From Bacteroidales bacterium (lineage in GTDB: Bacteria; Bacteroidota; Bacteroidia; Bacteroidales; UBA7960), in assembly GCA_003567625.1 (NCBI GenBank), contig PWZB01000070.1, positions 1-60,138 on the forward strand: a stretch of DNA of 60,138 bases, written 5' to 3'. The notes under the pieces were generated by a model that worked only from the letters and a program-made list of their open reading frames with translations, had not been told where the DNA came from and searched no databases. The first letter of the stretch is position 1, and every line of letters begins with the position of its first letter. The position numbers and the translations under genes are program-made. Positions 37,019 through 47,763 of this stretch are shown here, one piece after another.

Positions 37019-37825
37019 ATGCCAACAAAAATCAGATTGCAGAGAAAGGGTAAAAAGAGAAGACCTTTTTACCATATAGTAATTGCGGATGGTCGTGCAC
37101 CCCGAGACGGAAAATTCATTGAAAAGCTTGGCACTTATGATCCAATTACCACCCCGGCAACTATCGACTTAAACTTTGACAGGGCGCTATATTGGGTACA
37201 GGTCGGCGCACAACCCACTGACACGACCCGTTCAATATTGTCACACAAAGGCGTGATGATAAAACATCATTTGCTGAAAGGCGTTAAAAAAGGCGCTTTA
37301 ACAGAAGAACAGGCACAAGAAAAATTTCAGGAGTGGCTTAAAGAAAAAGAAGCCAAGATACAAAAGATGATCAGCGAAAACAGGCTTTCCGAAAAAGAAA
37401 AACAGAAAAAAAGGATTGAAGAAGAAAGAAAGATCAATGAAGCCCGCGCCGAATTACTAGCCAAAAAGCTTGCAGAAGAAAAATTAAAAGAAGAAGCATC
37501 AAAGCAAAAAGATAAAAAGGAAGAACAACCGGCAGCCGAAAAGAAAAAAGAAGAAGCACCCAAAGCTGACGTGAAAAAAGAAGATAAACCGAAAACGGAA
37601 GATAAAAAAGAAGAAAAACCAACGGCCGAAGAGAAAAAAGAAGAAGCACCCAAAGCTGACTTGAAAAAAGAAGATGAACCGAAAACGGAAGATAAAAAAG
37701 AAGAAAAACCAACGGCCGAAGAGAAAAAAGAAGAAGCACCCAAAGCTGACTTGAAAAAAGAAGATAAACCGAAAACGGAAGATAAGAAGGAAAAAAAGCC
37801 GCCGGCTGATCAGAAAAAAGAGTAA
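37019..37825 (+). CDS. rpsP: 30S ribosomal protein S16 with a long Lys/Glu-rich repetitive C-terminal tail
   Basis: The N-terminal 85 aa are canonical S16 ([42 protein letters not shown]). The rest is low-complexity and includes 3 x 30-aa repeats. Confidence 0.92.
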   Translation: MPTKIRLQRKGKKRRPFYHIVIADGRAPRDGKFIEKLGTYDPITTPATIDLNFDRALYWVQVGAQPTDTTRSILSHKGVMIKHHLLKGVKKGALTEEQAQEKFQEWLKEKEAKIQKMISENRLSEKEKQKKRIEEERKINEARAELLAKKLAEEKLKEEASKQKDKKEEQPAAEKKKEEAPKADVKKEDKPKTEDKKEEKPTAEEKKEEAPKADLKKEDEPKTEDKKEEKPTAEEKKEEAPKADLKKEDKPKTEDKKEKKPPADQKKE

Positions 37826-37885
37826 GCCCAGGGGCTGACGTGAAAAAGAAGTTCTTAAAACCAAAACAAAAAACAGATAGATCAA
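37535..37885 (+). repeat. 90-bp tandem repeat x3 inside rpsP plus a degenerate fourth copy running past the stop codon
   Basis: Unit starts fall at 37535, 37625 and 37715. A fourth copy from 37805 aligns with GAAGAAGCACCCAAAGCTGACGTGAAAAAAGAAG as GAGTAAGCCCAGGGGCTGACGTGAAAAAGAAG. Confidence 0.85.
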
Positions 37886-38243
37886 AAAAGGCCTATAAAA
37901 CAGCCAAATAATCTATATCTGTCTGTTCCTGTCTTTTTACTGAAATTTTGTCATTTTTGTGCAAAATGTTTTCTTACCTGGTCATGGCTGATCCGGAATT
38001 ATTGTCTTATAAAATATAATCAACAAATGGTCACAAATTAACAACACAAATGGACACAAACAGATTTGAGAATATTTGTGTGTATTTGTGGATAACATCT
38101 TTGTGTGTATTCCATATTGCTCTTTTTAAAGTCATCTCTGTGGGTAATAAATAAATTTATAAGGGGGATCTTAATTTAAATTACCTTAGTTAACGTACTT
38201 GTTGTCCTCATGAATGTACTTTGTGTCCTCATGGTTAAATTTT

Positions 38244-39391
38244 TCACCACACAACACAAAGAGATTGGAGATTCAGCAATGCTGATCGACGGACAATTAT
38301 TTTCTCCACAATATACTTTTCTCCGCTTCTAATAACCAAATAATAAATTCCTGAAGGAGCACCCCCCATATTAATTTCAATAGTTGAAGAATCAATCAGA
38401 CTGATATTGTCATACTTGATTACCTGTCCTTTCATATCAAATATTTTATATTTTACTTTTTTTGATAATTGGCTAAATCTGATATAAAAGTTTCCGTCAT
38501 TAGGATTAGGATAAATATTAACAAAGTCCCGGATAGTACTTTCTGCATAAACCTGTGATTCAACGGTAATAACAAAATCACAAATATTGCTGCACTCGGT
38601 GATATCATCAGAATAGTAATAATCTATGACATGTTTTCCCTTTCCTTTTTCGTATGGATCGAAAACTTTAATAGGAGTTCGGTTATATAAGTATTCACCG
38701 CCTTCGGGTGAAGCTCCTTCAAGAAGGAATGGCTCATCAGTTACAGAAACTGCAAAGTCCTCAGGACAAACCACGTCAGGAAGTTCATAAACAACGATTA
38801 TGAACTGGCAGGTTTCACCCGAATACTCATAGGTTGTGATGTGTCCCCGACGCCTGCCGCTTCAGGATTAAAATATTTACCATCTTCAATGCCTGGTCCT
38901 GAATATATACCCCCCGGTGGTTCTGCCCCGGTTAGTTCAAAAACTCCGTCATCGAGGCATGCTTCATCATCTTCGGGGCAAGGGAAAAGTATTGCAGTCA
39001 CTCTGTCAGAACTTACCGGTTCGCTTAACAGCCCGGCACCATTCTCTGCAATTACTGTAGTATAGTAGGTTTGACCGGGCTCTAATTCAACATCGGTATT
39101 AATAAATGATGTACCCGTTCCGTTATCTGTCCAGTCAATTAAATCACCTGCGCCGGGACTAGTTCCGGCCGCATAATAATACTTTGCCACACCTGAATTC
39201 GGATCGCTTCCGGCACCCCAGTTAGCTGCAATCTCATTTAAATTAAATGTAATATCAATATCCGGGTGTAACGAACCAAAATGGTATTATTATCAACATG
39301 CTCCGAAACAACCTCAAAATCAACCTGTGCAGGCAAACCTGTACAGAATAAAATAAAAAAAAGGGAAAAAATAGTCCTTTTATTTCATCAT
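38244..39391 (-). pseudogene. T9SS-sorted surface/secreted protein gene disrupted by at least three frameshifts
   Basis: The signal peptide KRTIFSLFFILFCTGLPAQ is out of frame with the ATG at 39391/39388. Frame breaks occur at a C-run (39262-39266) and a G/C-run (38845-38848). An FN3-like segment, two CxxD...GG.Y repeats and a T9SS C-terminal domain (NIYPNPNDGNFYIRF...GIYYLVI) can be read across three frames. Confidence 0.7.
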
Positions 39392-39819
39392 AACAAAATT
39401 GTTTTAACCGGTATGATGGAACCCTCATGTTGCTTAGTTTGTTAATATAGTATTTGTATTTTATAAACATAAGGGTTTCATAATTAATTGAGAAGCATAA
39501 TAATGACCTCATTTTATTAAAATTTTTTGATTTCCGCACTGATTATTTATTTGTGTAAGTATTTTCCGGATTCTTTATTTAATAACATTCAAAAAAGCAA
39601 TGCACCGAACATGAACTGTATTGATCCTAATACTAAACAAAGTGCAGCCAGAGTGTCCCGAAAAGCAAAAGCACTACTCAAAGAAAAAATTTCACCGGGC
39701 CGGTATAATAATTTCATCAAAAAATCTAATAAACAAAAATACAAAGAGAACTTTTTATTACAGAATTATTGTATTTTTGACCAAAATTTATTAATTTCGT
39801 ATTCTTAAAGAATTTATTC

Positions 39820-39859
39820 CGGGACTTTTGCCGTTTCAGGAAAGTCCCGTTGTTTTTTT
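39820..39859 (+). terminator. Strong intrinsic terminator 20 nt upstream of the FKBP gene start
   Basis: CGGGACTTT-(12 nt)-AAAGTCCCG is followed by TTGTTTTTTT. Confidence 0.65.
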
Positions 39860-39878
39860 AATAACAAAAAAGAAGATT

Positions 39879-40370
39879 ATGACCAAAACACCTTTTAAAG
39901 TAGTATCCGTCATTTATGAATTGCGTGCAGGTGATTCAGGGGGAGATGTAATAGAGAAAGTAACCAATGAAAAGCCGGCTGAATTTTTGCTGGGAGCAGG
40001 AAAACTCATTGAGGCATTTGAAAACCAGGTGAGCGATCTGAAAGAAGGCGAAAATTTTGAATTCCGCATTGATAGCGATAATGCTTATGGCCAGGTAAAA
40101 GAAGAAGCAAAAGTAGATCTGCCATTGAGTGCTTTTGAAATTGAAGGCAAAATACCCGAAGACTTGCTTCAGCCCGGGAAAGTCCTGCCAATGAAAGACC
40201 AAAAAGGAAATCCTCTTTACGGAAGAGTTATTGAGGTGCAGGAACAAGTCGTTAAAATGGACTTTAACCATCCTTTAGCCGGTATGGACCTTCATTTTAA
40301 AGGCAAGGTTGTTGGAGCACGTAAACCTACCGAAACAGAAATCACAAACAAAAAAGTCGAAGGCTCTTAA
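39879..40370 (+). CDS. FKBP-type peptidyl-prolyl cis-trans isomerase (SlyD-like with insert-in-flap domain)
   Basis: The sequence V.Y.L....G.V.E, FL.G.G..I..FE, G..F.....P..AYG and DFNHPLAG..L.F fits the family. The ATG at 39879 is preferred over the TTG at 39828. Confidence 0.85.
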   Translation: MTKTPFKVVSVIYELRAGDSGGDVIEKVTNEKPAEFLLGAGKLIEAFENQVSDLKEGENFEFRIDSDNAYGQVKEEAKVDLPLSAFEIEGKIPEDLLQPGKVLPMKDQKGNPLYGRVIEVQEQVVKMDFNHPLAGMDLHFKGKVVGARKPTETEITNKKVEGS

Positions 40371-40374
40371 GCGG

Positions 40375-40875
40375 TTATTTGATAGAACTGCTTTTTGTTT
40401 TCGGTTTGTGCAGAGTTTTTATGCTCAATATATGCACTGTTACGCTTGTTGCTATAACAAATAAGGCAATCCGTATCCATAATATCGAAACAATGTAAAA
40501 AGCACTGAAGCATATTGTTACCCATAACAGTGCAATGGTATATATTTTAATTCTGAGCGGTACTCCCTTTTTTTCCCTGTAATTACGGATATACTCACCA
40601 AAATACCTGTTCGTGATCAACCAGGTATAAAAACGTTTGGAGCTTTTGGCATAACAATATGCTGCAAGCAATAAAAAGGGAGTTGTTGGCAGTAAAGGCA
40701 GCACAATACCAAGTATCCCAAGGCCAACAGATATTGAACCCGCTGCGATTAGTAACCATCTTTGATAAGTTTTCAATTCGCGACCAAAGGAATTTTTTTC
40801 ATTTTTGGTAGCGGCAAAATCATTGTCAAGGTTATTCCTTTCTTCTGATGGGGCTTTTAGGGTGGTTTTATTCAT
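40375..40875 (-). CDS. ybaN: DUF454 (YbaN) family inner-membrane protein
   Basis: 166 aa containing [27 protein letters not shown]. Its start overlaps the purL stop by 8 nt. Confidence 0.7.
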   Translation of the reverse strand: MNKTTLKAPSEERNNLDNDFAATKNEKNSFGRELKTYQRWLLIAAGSISVGLGILGIVLPLLPTTPFLLLAAYCYAKSSKRFYTWLITNRYFGEYIRNYREKKGVPLRIKIYTIALLWVTICFSAFYIVSILWIRIALFVIATSVTVHILSIKTLHKPKTKSSSIK

Positions 40876-43111
40876 CGTATTCAGGTTCCATCATATTATG
40901 TATCACATTATCATAAATACGGGCAAGGCGCTCAATTGTGCCATAGCTTTCACCGTCTATTACAGCGTCATTACCAAAAACTTCGCCAAGCAGTGTGAAT
41001 TGAACGCCGGAAGCAGTTGCCATTGTAATGAAATTTTCTTTATTGCGGGGATTTACAGAAACCACAATACGGCTTTGCGATTCTCCGAACAGGAAGGCAT
41101 CTTTTCGGATTGAATCATCAGTCATAACATCAAAGCCGAGCATATTTTCCCTGGCCGATTCTAAAAGTGTAACAAAAAGACCTCCATTCGACACATCATG
41201 TGCCGATTCAATAAGCCGGTTACTGACAAGACGTTTTACAAGCTTATGTAAATTAAACTCTTCATCAAGGTTAAAACAGGGTGCGGGTGAATTTTTTATT
41301 CCATGCCACTTATTAAGATATTCCGAACAACTGATATCATTACACGATTTCCCAAGCAAAAATACCAGGTCTTTATGTTTTTTAAACCCAAGGCCTGTCA
41401 GCAGGTTTTTATTTTCAAGCATTCCTATCATTCCTATTACCGGTGTAGGGAAAACAGGTACTTCTTTATCATTAATGGTAATTTGATTGTAAAAGCTTAC
41501 ATTTCCTCCTGTTACCGGGGTGTTGAATTTTTCACAAGCCTTTCCCATACCTTTAACGGAATTAACGAACTGCCAGTAAACTTCAGGGTTATAAGGATTT
41601 CCAAAGTTAAGGCAATTAGTAACAGCCATGGGTGTTCCGCCTGAACAAACGATATTTCTGGCGGCTTCGGCAACGGCTATGGCGGCTCCATGGAAAGGAT
41701 CTGCATTAACATAACGTGAATTACAGTCAACCGTCATTAAAAGCGCTTTTTCAGTACCTTTCAGATTTACAACACCTGCATCGCAGCTTATATTGGTTGC
41801 CATATTTTTTGTACCTACCATGGTATCATATTGCTCTATTACCCATTGTTTTGATGCATTATTGTGGCATTTCAAGAGAAAATGCGCCACTTCCTTCAAA
41901 TTGCCGGGTATGGCTACCGATTCGATCTTAAACTTCTTATTTTCTGCAAAGCCAAAAGGCTCTCTGTATTCCCTGTCATAAACCGGTGCTCCGCCGCCAA
42001 GTACGAGGGATTCGGCAGGAACTTCAGCAACAGGTTCGTCATGCATATAATAACGTAATATTCCATCGCCTGTAACATCCCCTATCTGAACGCAGTTCAG
42101 ATCCCATTTCTCATAAATATCCAACACTTCCTGCTCCCTGCCCTTTTCTACAATTACCAACATTCTTTCCTGCGATTCGGACAGTAATATCTCAAACGGC
42201 TGCATATTTTTCTGACGCAACGGAACTTTGTCAAGGAATATTTCCATACCATGTTTACCTTTGGCCGACATTTCGGATGTTGAACATGTTATTCCTGCAG
42301 CGCCCATATCCTGCATGCCAACGACGGCGCCGGTCTTAATTACTTCAAGCGTTGCTTCGAGCAACAACTTTTCCTGGAAAGGGTCGCCCACCTGAACGGC
42401 AGGTATTTTGTCAGCTGAAGCTTCGTTAATATCTTCCGAGGCAAAGGTAGCGCCATGTATCCCGTCTTTTCCTGTGGAAGAGCCAACTATGAATACCGGA
42501 TTCCCAACGCCTTTTGAAATCGCCGAAACCATGTTGCCTTCTTTGACAATTCCAACCGACATGGCATTAACCAATGGATTGGCGTTATAGCATTCGTCAA
42601 AAAAAACCTCGCCGCCGACAACGGGAACTCCAAAGGCATTTCCGTAATCACCAATTCCTTTAACGACATATTTAAGCAACCATTTGGTCCTGTCTAGTTC
42701 CGGGTCACCAAAACGCAAAGAATTAAGCTGTGCCACCGGTCGCGCTCCCATAGTGAAAATATCACGGTTGATTCCCCCTACCCCCGTTGCAGCGCCCTGA
42801 TAAGGCTCTATAGCCGATGGATGATTGTGTGATTCAATTTTGAATGCACAAGCCAAACCATCACCCAGATCAACAAGACCCGCATTCTCTTCCCCGGCCT
42901 CCGCAAGCAGGTGAGGCCCCCTGCGAGGCAACGTCTTTATCCATTTGATAGAATTCTTATATGAACAATGCTCTGACCACATTACTGAATAAATACTCAA
43001 TTCGGTAAAGTTAGGCCTACGACCAAGTATATCCTTTATGCGGTCATACTCCTCGGGCAACAATCCAAGCTTTCGGGCAATATCCAAATTAACACGGGTG
43101 TATGTATCCAT
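40868..43111 (-). CDS. purL: Phosphoribosylformylglycinamidine synthase subunit PurL
   Basis: 747 aa with [16 protein letters not shown] and duplicated AIR-synthase-like domains. Confidence 0.93.
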   Translation of the reverse strand: MDTYTRVNLDIARKLGLLPEEYDRIKDILGRRPNFTELSIYSVMWSEHCSYKNSIKWIKTLPRRGPHLLAEAGEENAGLVDLGDGLACAFKIESHNHPSAIEPYQGAATGVGGINRDIFTMGARPVAQLNSLRFGDPELDRTKWLLKYVVKGIGDYGNAFGVPVVGGEVFFDECYNANPLVNAMSVGIVKEGNMVSAISKGVGNPVFIVGSSTGKDGIHGATFASEDINEASADKIPAVQVGDPFQEKLLLEATLEVIKTGAVVGMQDMGAAGITCSTSEMSAKGKHGMEIFLDKVPLRQKNMQPFEILLSESQERMLVIVEKGREQEVLDIYEKWDLNCVQIGDVTGDGILRYYMHDEPVAEVPAESLVLGGGAPVYDREYREPFGFAENKKFKIESVAIPGNLKEVAHFLLKCHNNASKQWVIEQYDTMVGTKNMATNISCDAGVVNLKGTEKALLMTVDCNSRYVNADPFHGAAIAVAEAARNIVCSGGTPMAVTNCLNFGNPYNPEVYWQFVNSVKGMGKACEKFNTPVTGGNVSFYNQITINDKEVPVFPTPVIGMIGMLENKNLLTGLGFKKHKDLVFLLGKSCNDISCSEYLNKWHGIKNSPAPCFNLDEEFNLHKLVKRLVSNRLIESAHDVSNGGLFVTLLESARENMLGFDVMTDDSIRKDAFLFGESQSRIVVSVNPRNKENFITMATASGVQFTLLGEVFGNDAVIDGESYGTIERLARIYDNVIHNMMEPEYDE

Positions 43112-43520
43112 TCATTATCCTTTTTAAAATTGGGACAAAAATACATAAGTTAATCTGAATTGCTTAAAAGTTTTCAACCCTTTGCCTTACAAACAAGATT
43201 AAATGAGATTGTTAAATTATTAAATTGTTAAAATAGCAGCCTGTTATTGCTGAAGCTAAAAACTCAAAACAAAAACATGATAATATATATAATTTAATTA
43301 TAATTCTGTTTTTATTTGGGTCAACTGAAACAGTAAAAAATATTTCGCTGAGATTTTAAAACCATGAAGAAGTTATTATAAGCAACTACATATACTTTAG
43401 TGTTAAGCCTTATTTTTTCGATCATTGGTTTTCTCAGTTCCAATTAGAAAAAAACAGATCGTACGGCGGTATTTATCCTGTGTTTAACATTGGGTGACAG
43501 GAATAACGAATGGCCAAGGC

Positions 43521-43728
43521 AGAATTATCAATGATCAAGTAAAAGTATTTGCCGGCCCTCCGGGTGAAAAGTTTGACGTTGAGCCAGGCGAAGTGATCAA
43601 AAAGATCAGGCTGATAAACATCAGCGGGCAGGTTATCACAGATATTATGGGTGAATAAATTAAGCACAGAAACAGATGTAAGCAATTTGCGTCCGGGAAT
43701 TTATCTTATGCAAACACATCACACGTAA
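43521..43728 (+). pseudogene. Remnant of a T9SS C-terminal sorting domain (frameshifted, no N-terminal part)
   Basis: Frame A reads ..NDQVKVFAGPPGEKFDVEPGEVIKKIRLINISGQVITDIMGE*. Frame B continues KLSTETDVSNLRPGIYLMQTHHT*. Confidence 0.55.
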
Positions 43729-43765
43729 AGCACTAGAACTGAACGGATACAGATAGTGTACCAGG

Positions 43766-45085
43766 CTAGTAAATACCGGTTTTAAAATTATTGAATTTAT
43801 TGTTAATTTTTTTTGTATCGGCAATATTTATTAACAAAAACCATAAAAACGGCAACATTATGATCTTATATCTTACAATTGCGCCTGCTACCGGTGTTGC
43901 TAAACCTACAAAAGAAAATCCTGCAAGGAAAAACCAAAATGACATATAACTTGCTGCAGATTGTTTTTTAATACTTGATGGAATAATTACAGCTGTTAAA
44001 ATGAGAACCATGATAAGCAGGTTTTCAAAACCGGAAAAAAATTTCAGAATTGTGTCAGCCTCAAATATGTGTGGACGCAATAATGTTGTCAAAAAACCAG
44101 CGGGTATGTTACGAATAATATCCCAAAATTGGGGCTTAAGAAAATTGTCGTGAAGCAAACTACCTGCATTCACATGCAGCGAAAGCCTGATTAGATCATT
44201 CTGCTTGCCGGCAATTAATTTTACCGGGCTTAATTCAGGCAAAAAAATATGCAATATAGCTGCTGCCATTATTAATCCGGCAAACATAAAAAAATAGACC
44301 AGGTGAGTTTTAAGAAAATTCATATTCCTGGAAATATAAAAACCTGCAAAACAAGGTAAAAGCAATAAAAGGATATAAGTTTTCAGAAATATCATAACCC
44401 CCGTACATGCAAGAATGATTAATATTTTTAACCATAGGATTTTTTTGTTTTGAAACAGTGTGTCGGTACTGTAAACTGCCATACCCAAACATCCGATCAA
44501 AATGGTTTCCTTAAGTATTCCCGATCCCCAGAAAAGTAAAGATGGAAAAAGGAATATGCCCCATTTCAACCATATTGTTTTGTTTTTTGGAAGATAATTG
44601 AGGAAAAATTTGTAAAGCGCAACCAGGCCGGTAAAAGAGACAAAATTAGCAAAAACCGTATGTACTTGAAGATGGCCAAAAGAGAAAAGACAAACCAGGG
44701 CGTTAAAACGTATTACTATACGATTGTCATTATATACAGGAGACTCCCATTGTCTGAACCAGTAAGACATGTTTGACAAATAATGGTCAACCTGTTCTTT
44801 TCCAATTCCTATTCCTGACAGTATGCGGAAAAAATCGGAAGGACTCTCCCATAAAATAGAGTAAAGGTATAATCCGTCATTAAAGTACTTGAAAATATCT
44901 GCTGTTGCAGGATCATAATAATACTTGTATATCAAGCTTAGTGAAAAACCTGAAACAACTTTCAATGAAAAAAAAATAACAACCCATTTATACGAAAGCC
45001 CGCTGATCTTCCTGAAAAAACCAACCTTTTTAAAAATAAATAAGAAGACCAGAAAGTATAATAATGCTAAGAGGTATCCTGTCAT
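43766..45085 (-). CDS. Polytopic membrane protein (about 11-12 TM), possibly a glycan polymerase or GT-C-like enzyme
   Basis: 439 aa and highly hydrophobic. The functional guess rests on topology only. Confidence 0.35.
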   Translation of the reverse strand: MTGYLLALLYFLVFLFIFKKVGFFRKISGLSYKWVVIFFSLKVVSGFSLSLIYKYYYDPATADIFKYFNDGLYLYSILWESPSDFFRILSGIGIGKEQVDHYLSNMSYWFRQWESPVYNDNRIVIRFNALVCLFSFGHLQVHTVFANFVSFTGLVALYKFFLNYLPKNKTIWLKWGIFLFPSLLFWGSGILKETILIGCLGMAVYSTDTLFQNKKILWLKILIILACTGVMIFLKTYILLLLLPCFAGFYISRNMNFLKTHLVYFFMFAGLIMAAAILHIFLPELSPVKLIAGKQNDLIRLSLHVNAGSLLHDNFLKPQFWDIIRNIPAGFLTTLLRPHIFEADTILKFFSGFENLLIMVLILTAVIIPSSIKKQSAASYMSFWFFLAGFSFVGLATPVAGAIVRYKIIMLPFLWFLLINIADTKKINNKFNNFKTGIY

Positions 45086-45453
45086 AATATTTCCACAGAT
45101 TTTATAAAATCAAAAATAGTATAAAAATTAAATTATTATACACAATAAAAAAATTGAAAAATGATTTATGATATTAATCTTGAATTTGTTAAAAAGTTGG
45201 CTAACGGAAAATTGACAAATAATTCTGAAATGCTACGATTTTGCTATAGCTTAACATATATCGGCTGTTGGTGCTGGCAAATTAGATTTTCACAGGTAAG
45301 ATTCAAAGGCGATAATTTATTTTTATAATAAAAATCTTGTATTTCTCATAAATATAATATTAATTTGTATTTTGTGATGAAGTTATATTTTATCAAATAT
45401 TTTTTGTTAAAAATATAACTTTTCGGATGCTTTGAACCAAAAAATATAAATTA

Positions 45454-46101
45454 ATGAGTAAAATTAAAGTTTTTGTAGTTGACGATCATCAACTGGTTAC
45501 AGATTGCATAAGTTTATTTTTGAAAGATTCGGATAAAGTAAAAGTTTCGGGAATTGCGCATAGCGGGGCGGAAACATTGGAGCTTTTAAAAAACGAGGTT
45601 CCGCATGTAATACTTTTGGATATCAGCATGCCGGAGATGACCGGCATTGAAACAACCGAAAAGATAAAGAAAATATTTCCCGGTATAAAAGTACTTATAT
45701 TATCAATGCATTCGGATTATAATAACATTTCGGATGCTATTGATGCCGGGGCTGATGGTTATATACCAAAAGATGTTACGGCAGAGGAGTTGGTTGATGC
45801 AATCATAACAATTAATGATGGTAAAAATTATTTTCATACTTCTATAAGTGATGAAATAATAAAAAATTATGCAACAAAAAGAAAAAAGTCTTCGACACTT
45901 TTACCGCAGCTTACAAAAAGAGAACTGGAGGTACTGAAATTATTTGCAGAAGGTTATAATAATAATGAAATTGCAGAAAAGTTGTTTCTAAGTGTCAGGA
46001 CTATCGAATCACACAAAAATCATATTCTTCAAAAAACCAATATGAAGAATAGTGTAGAACTGATAAAGTTTGCAATCAAAAATAAAATAATTGAATTGTA
46101 G
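45454..46101 (+). CDS. Response regulator, NarL/FixJ family (REC + LuxR-type HTH)
   Basis: It has VVDDH...DISMPEMTG...K and the C-terminal LTKRELEVLKLFAEGYNNNEIAEKLFLSVRTIESHK. Confidence 0.9.
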   Translation: MSKIKVFVVDDHQLVTDCISLFLKDSDKVKVSGIAHSGAETLELLKNEVPHVILLDISMPEMTGIETTEKIKKIFPGIKVLILSMHSDYNNISDAIDAGADGYIPKDVTAEELVDAIITINDGKNYFHTSISDEIIKNYATKRKKSSTLLPQLTKRELEVLKLFAEGYNNNEIAEKLFLSVRTIESHKNHILQKTNMKNSVELIKFAIKNKIIEL

Positions 46102-46167
46102 TTTTACTGTAAATAACTGCTGTCAGGGTTAAAATAAACCATATAGAAAAATCTTAACAGTATGTAA

Positions 46168-47337
46168 TTATTTTTTCTTTGTCCAGCGAGCTAATTTCTC
46201 TATAATTTCTTGAAAATTAAAAGGTTTTGAAACCACATCTACAATTCCGTTAGCTTTTATTTCCGATATATCAATGACATCGTAATAGGCTGTTAAAGCA
46301 ATAATTGGCGGAGGATTGTCGAGTACTTTATTTATTGTCTTTGCAGCAGTTAGACCATCCATGACAGGCATCTGCAAATCCATAAATATAACATCATATT
46401 GTTTTTTCTCTGCCATTTCAATGCTTTCTTGTCCATTAGTTGCAACATCCACATTACATCCTTTGTTTTCAAGCATAAATGTAAAAACCTTTTGGTTAAT
46501 GGGTTTATCTTCAACATACAAGATGTTAAGCCCTAATTTGCTTTGATTAAGTTCCTGATTATTCATATCATGGTAAATATTTGGGTTTTTTGAATCTGTC
46601 GCGAAAACAACCGCGTAAATATTATTGTTAAACGGCATTACAATACATTCCTTCTTTATTTGTCTGTTATTTTTTTTATACCGAAACGAAATCTCTTGCG
46701 GATTTTTGCTCTTATTTTCAGCAGCAACTAAATCAAGATTTTGTTTAAGTTGCCCGGATATATTTTTAATATCCCCTTTTGCAAAATCTATAAAACTCCT
46801 ATTCATAAAAGCTAATTCGCCATTCTGAAAAACTACTACAGGTAAAAATAAAGATTCGGCAATTTTTCTGAAAATATTATTAAAATCTATATTATCTGAT
46901 AATTTATCTATAAATTGAACTTTAGCTTTTTCGCGATAGTTTACGGTATATTTTTTAAAAAGAATTTCGGCTATTTTTTGATGGGTGTACTCTATCCCAT
47001 ATACTAAAAAAAGATTGTTATTAAAGTGTTTTATAATAAGCTCCCATATTTTACCCGTGCCTTTATATGTCTTTCTTTTAAAATCAGGGCAGGTTATGAA
47101 ATCATCAATAAACTCACGGAACAGGCATCCTCTGACAAGTCCGTCTTCACAATGATATTTTGGCCCCTCATTAATACTTTTTATGTAGAAATTACATTTT
47201 ACGCCTTTGAAACAAAAGTGATTAACTGCAGCCTTGTTAAACCATACAACAATGCCTTTTGAGTTCAGCACCGAAGCCGGCACATCAATCATTTCCAACC
47301 ATTGTGAATCAAAATTTTTATATAACTCTTCACCCAT
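46168..47337 (-). CDS. Receiver-domain protein with an N-terminal PAS-like sensory region and no output domain
   Basis: The C-terminal REC reads ILYVEDKPINQ...DVIFMDLQMPVMDG...SKPF. The N-terminal 260 aa has two PAS-like segments, the first Cys-rich. Confidence 0.7.
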   Translation of the reverse strand: MGEELYKNFDSQWLEMIDVPASVLNSKGIVVWFNKAAVNHFCFKGVKCNFYIKSINEGPKYHCEDGLVRGCLFREFIDDFITCPDFKRKTYKGTGKIWELIIKHFNNNLFLVYGIEYTHQKIAEILFKKYTVNYREKAKVQFIDKLSDNIDFNNIFRKIAESLFLPVVVFQNGELAFMNRSFIDFAKGDIKNISGQLKQNLDLVAAENKSKNPQEISFRYKKNNRQIKKECIVMPFNNNIYAVVFATDSKNPNIYHDMNNQELNQSKLGLNILYVEDKPINQKVFTFMLENKGCNVDVATNGQESIEMAEKKQYDVIFMDLQMPVMDGLTAAKTINKVLDNPPPIIALTAYYDVIDISEIKANGIVDVVSKPFNFQEIIEKLARWTKKK

Positions 47338-47763
47338 TAAAACCTAAGATATATATTTGCTTATTTCCCCTAAACTCCCTGATTTTCAATATGCTATATC
47401 AATATTTTATATAATAATAGTGTTGCGATTATCTTATTATTTAATCTTAAAACAATTTTTTTGTATCTTTGTCTGTTATTTTCCGGGTTATTATAATATT
47501 CACCTGATCTTTTCAGCATTAATAGTATGGAAAATTTTAAAAATATCTTTTAGTTTATTACGTTATAAATTTGAATCAATTTTTTTTATATATTGTTGCA
47601 AAAATTTTCGATTATTAATACATTTTCACAAATATTTTAAATTTATATTGCGATTAATGGTTTTGTTGGCGCAATTTGCCGGAAAAATCAACTTTTAGCA
47701 AAAATATGCAATATTTTGTTGCAAACATAAAAATTTTATAATTACAATATTTTTAAATATCAC

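Noticed and set aside
37327-37885. Three antisense ORFs (101-138 aa) over the rpsP tail
   Set aside because: They are reverse-strand readings of the AAG/GAA-rich 90-bp repeats, giving poly-F/S/L translations that are not genes.
38087-38095. Perfect DnaA box TGTGGATAA (another TTATCCACA lies at 23733-23741 inside the helicase gene)
   Set aside because: These are single isolated boxes with no cluster, no AT-rich unwinding element arrangement and no dnaA/dnaN nearby, so this is not an origin.
47357-47698. 113-aa ORF in the spacer upstream of the XRE gene
   Set aside because: The region is extremely AT-rich and the translation is Ile/Phe/Tyr/Lys-biased, typical of non-coding DNA. It has no start context.
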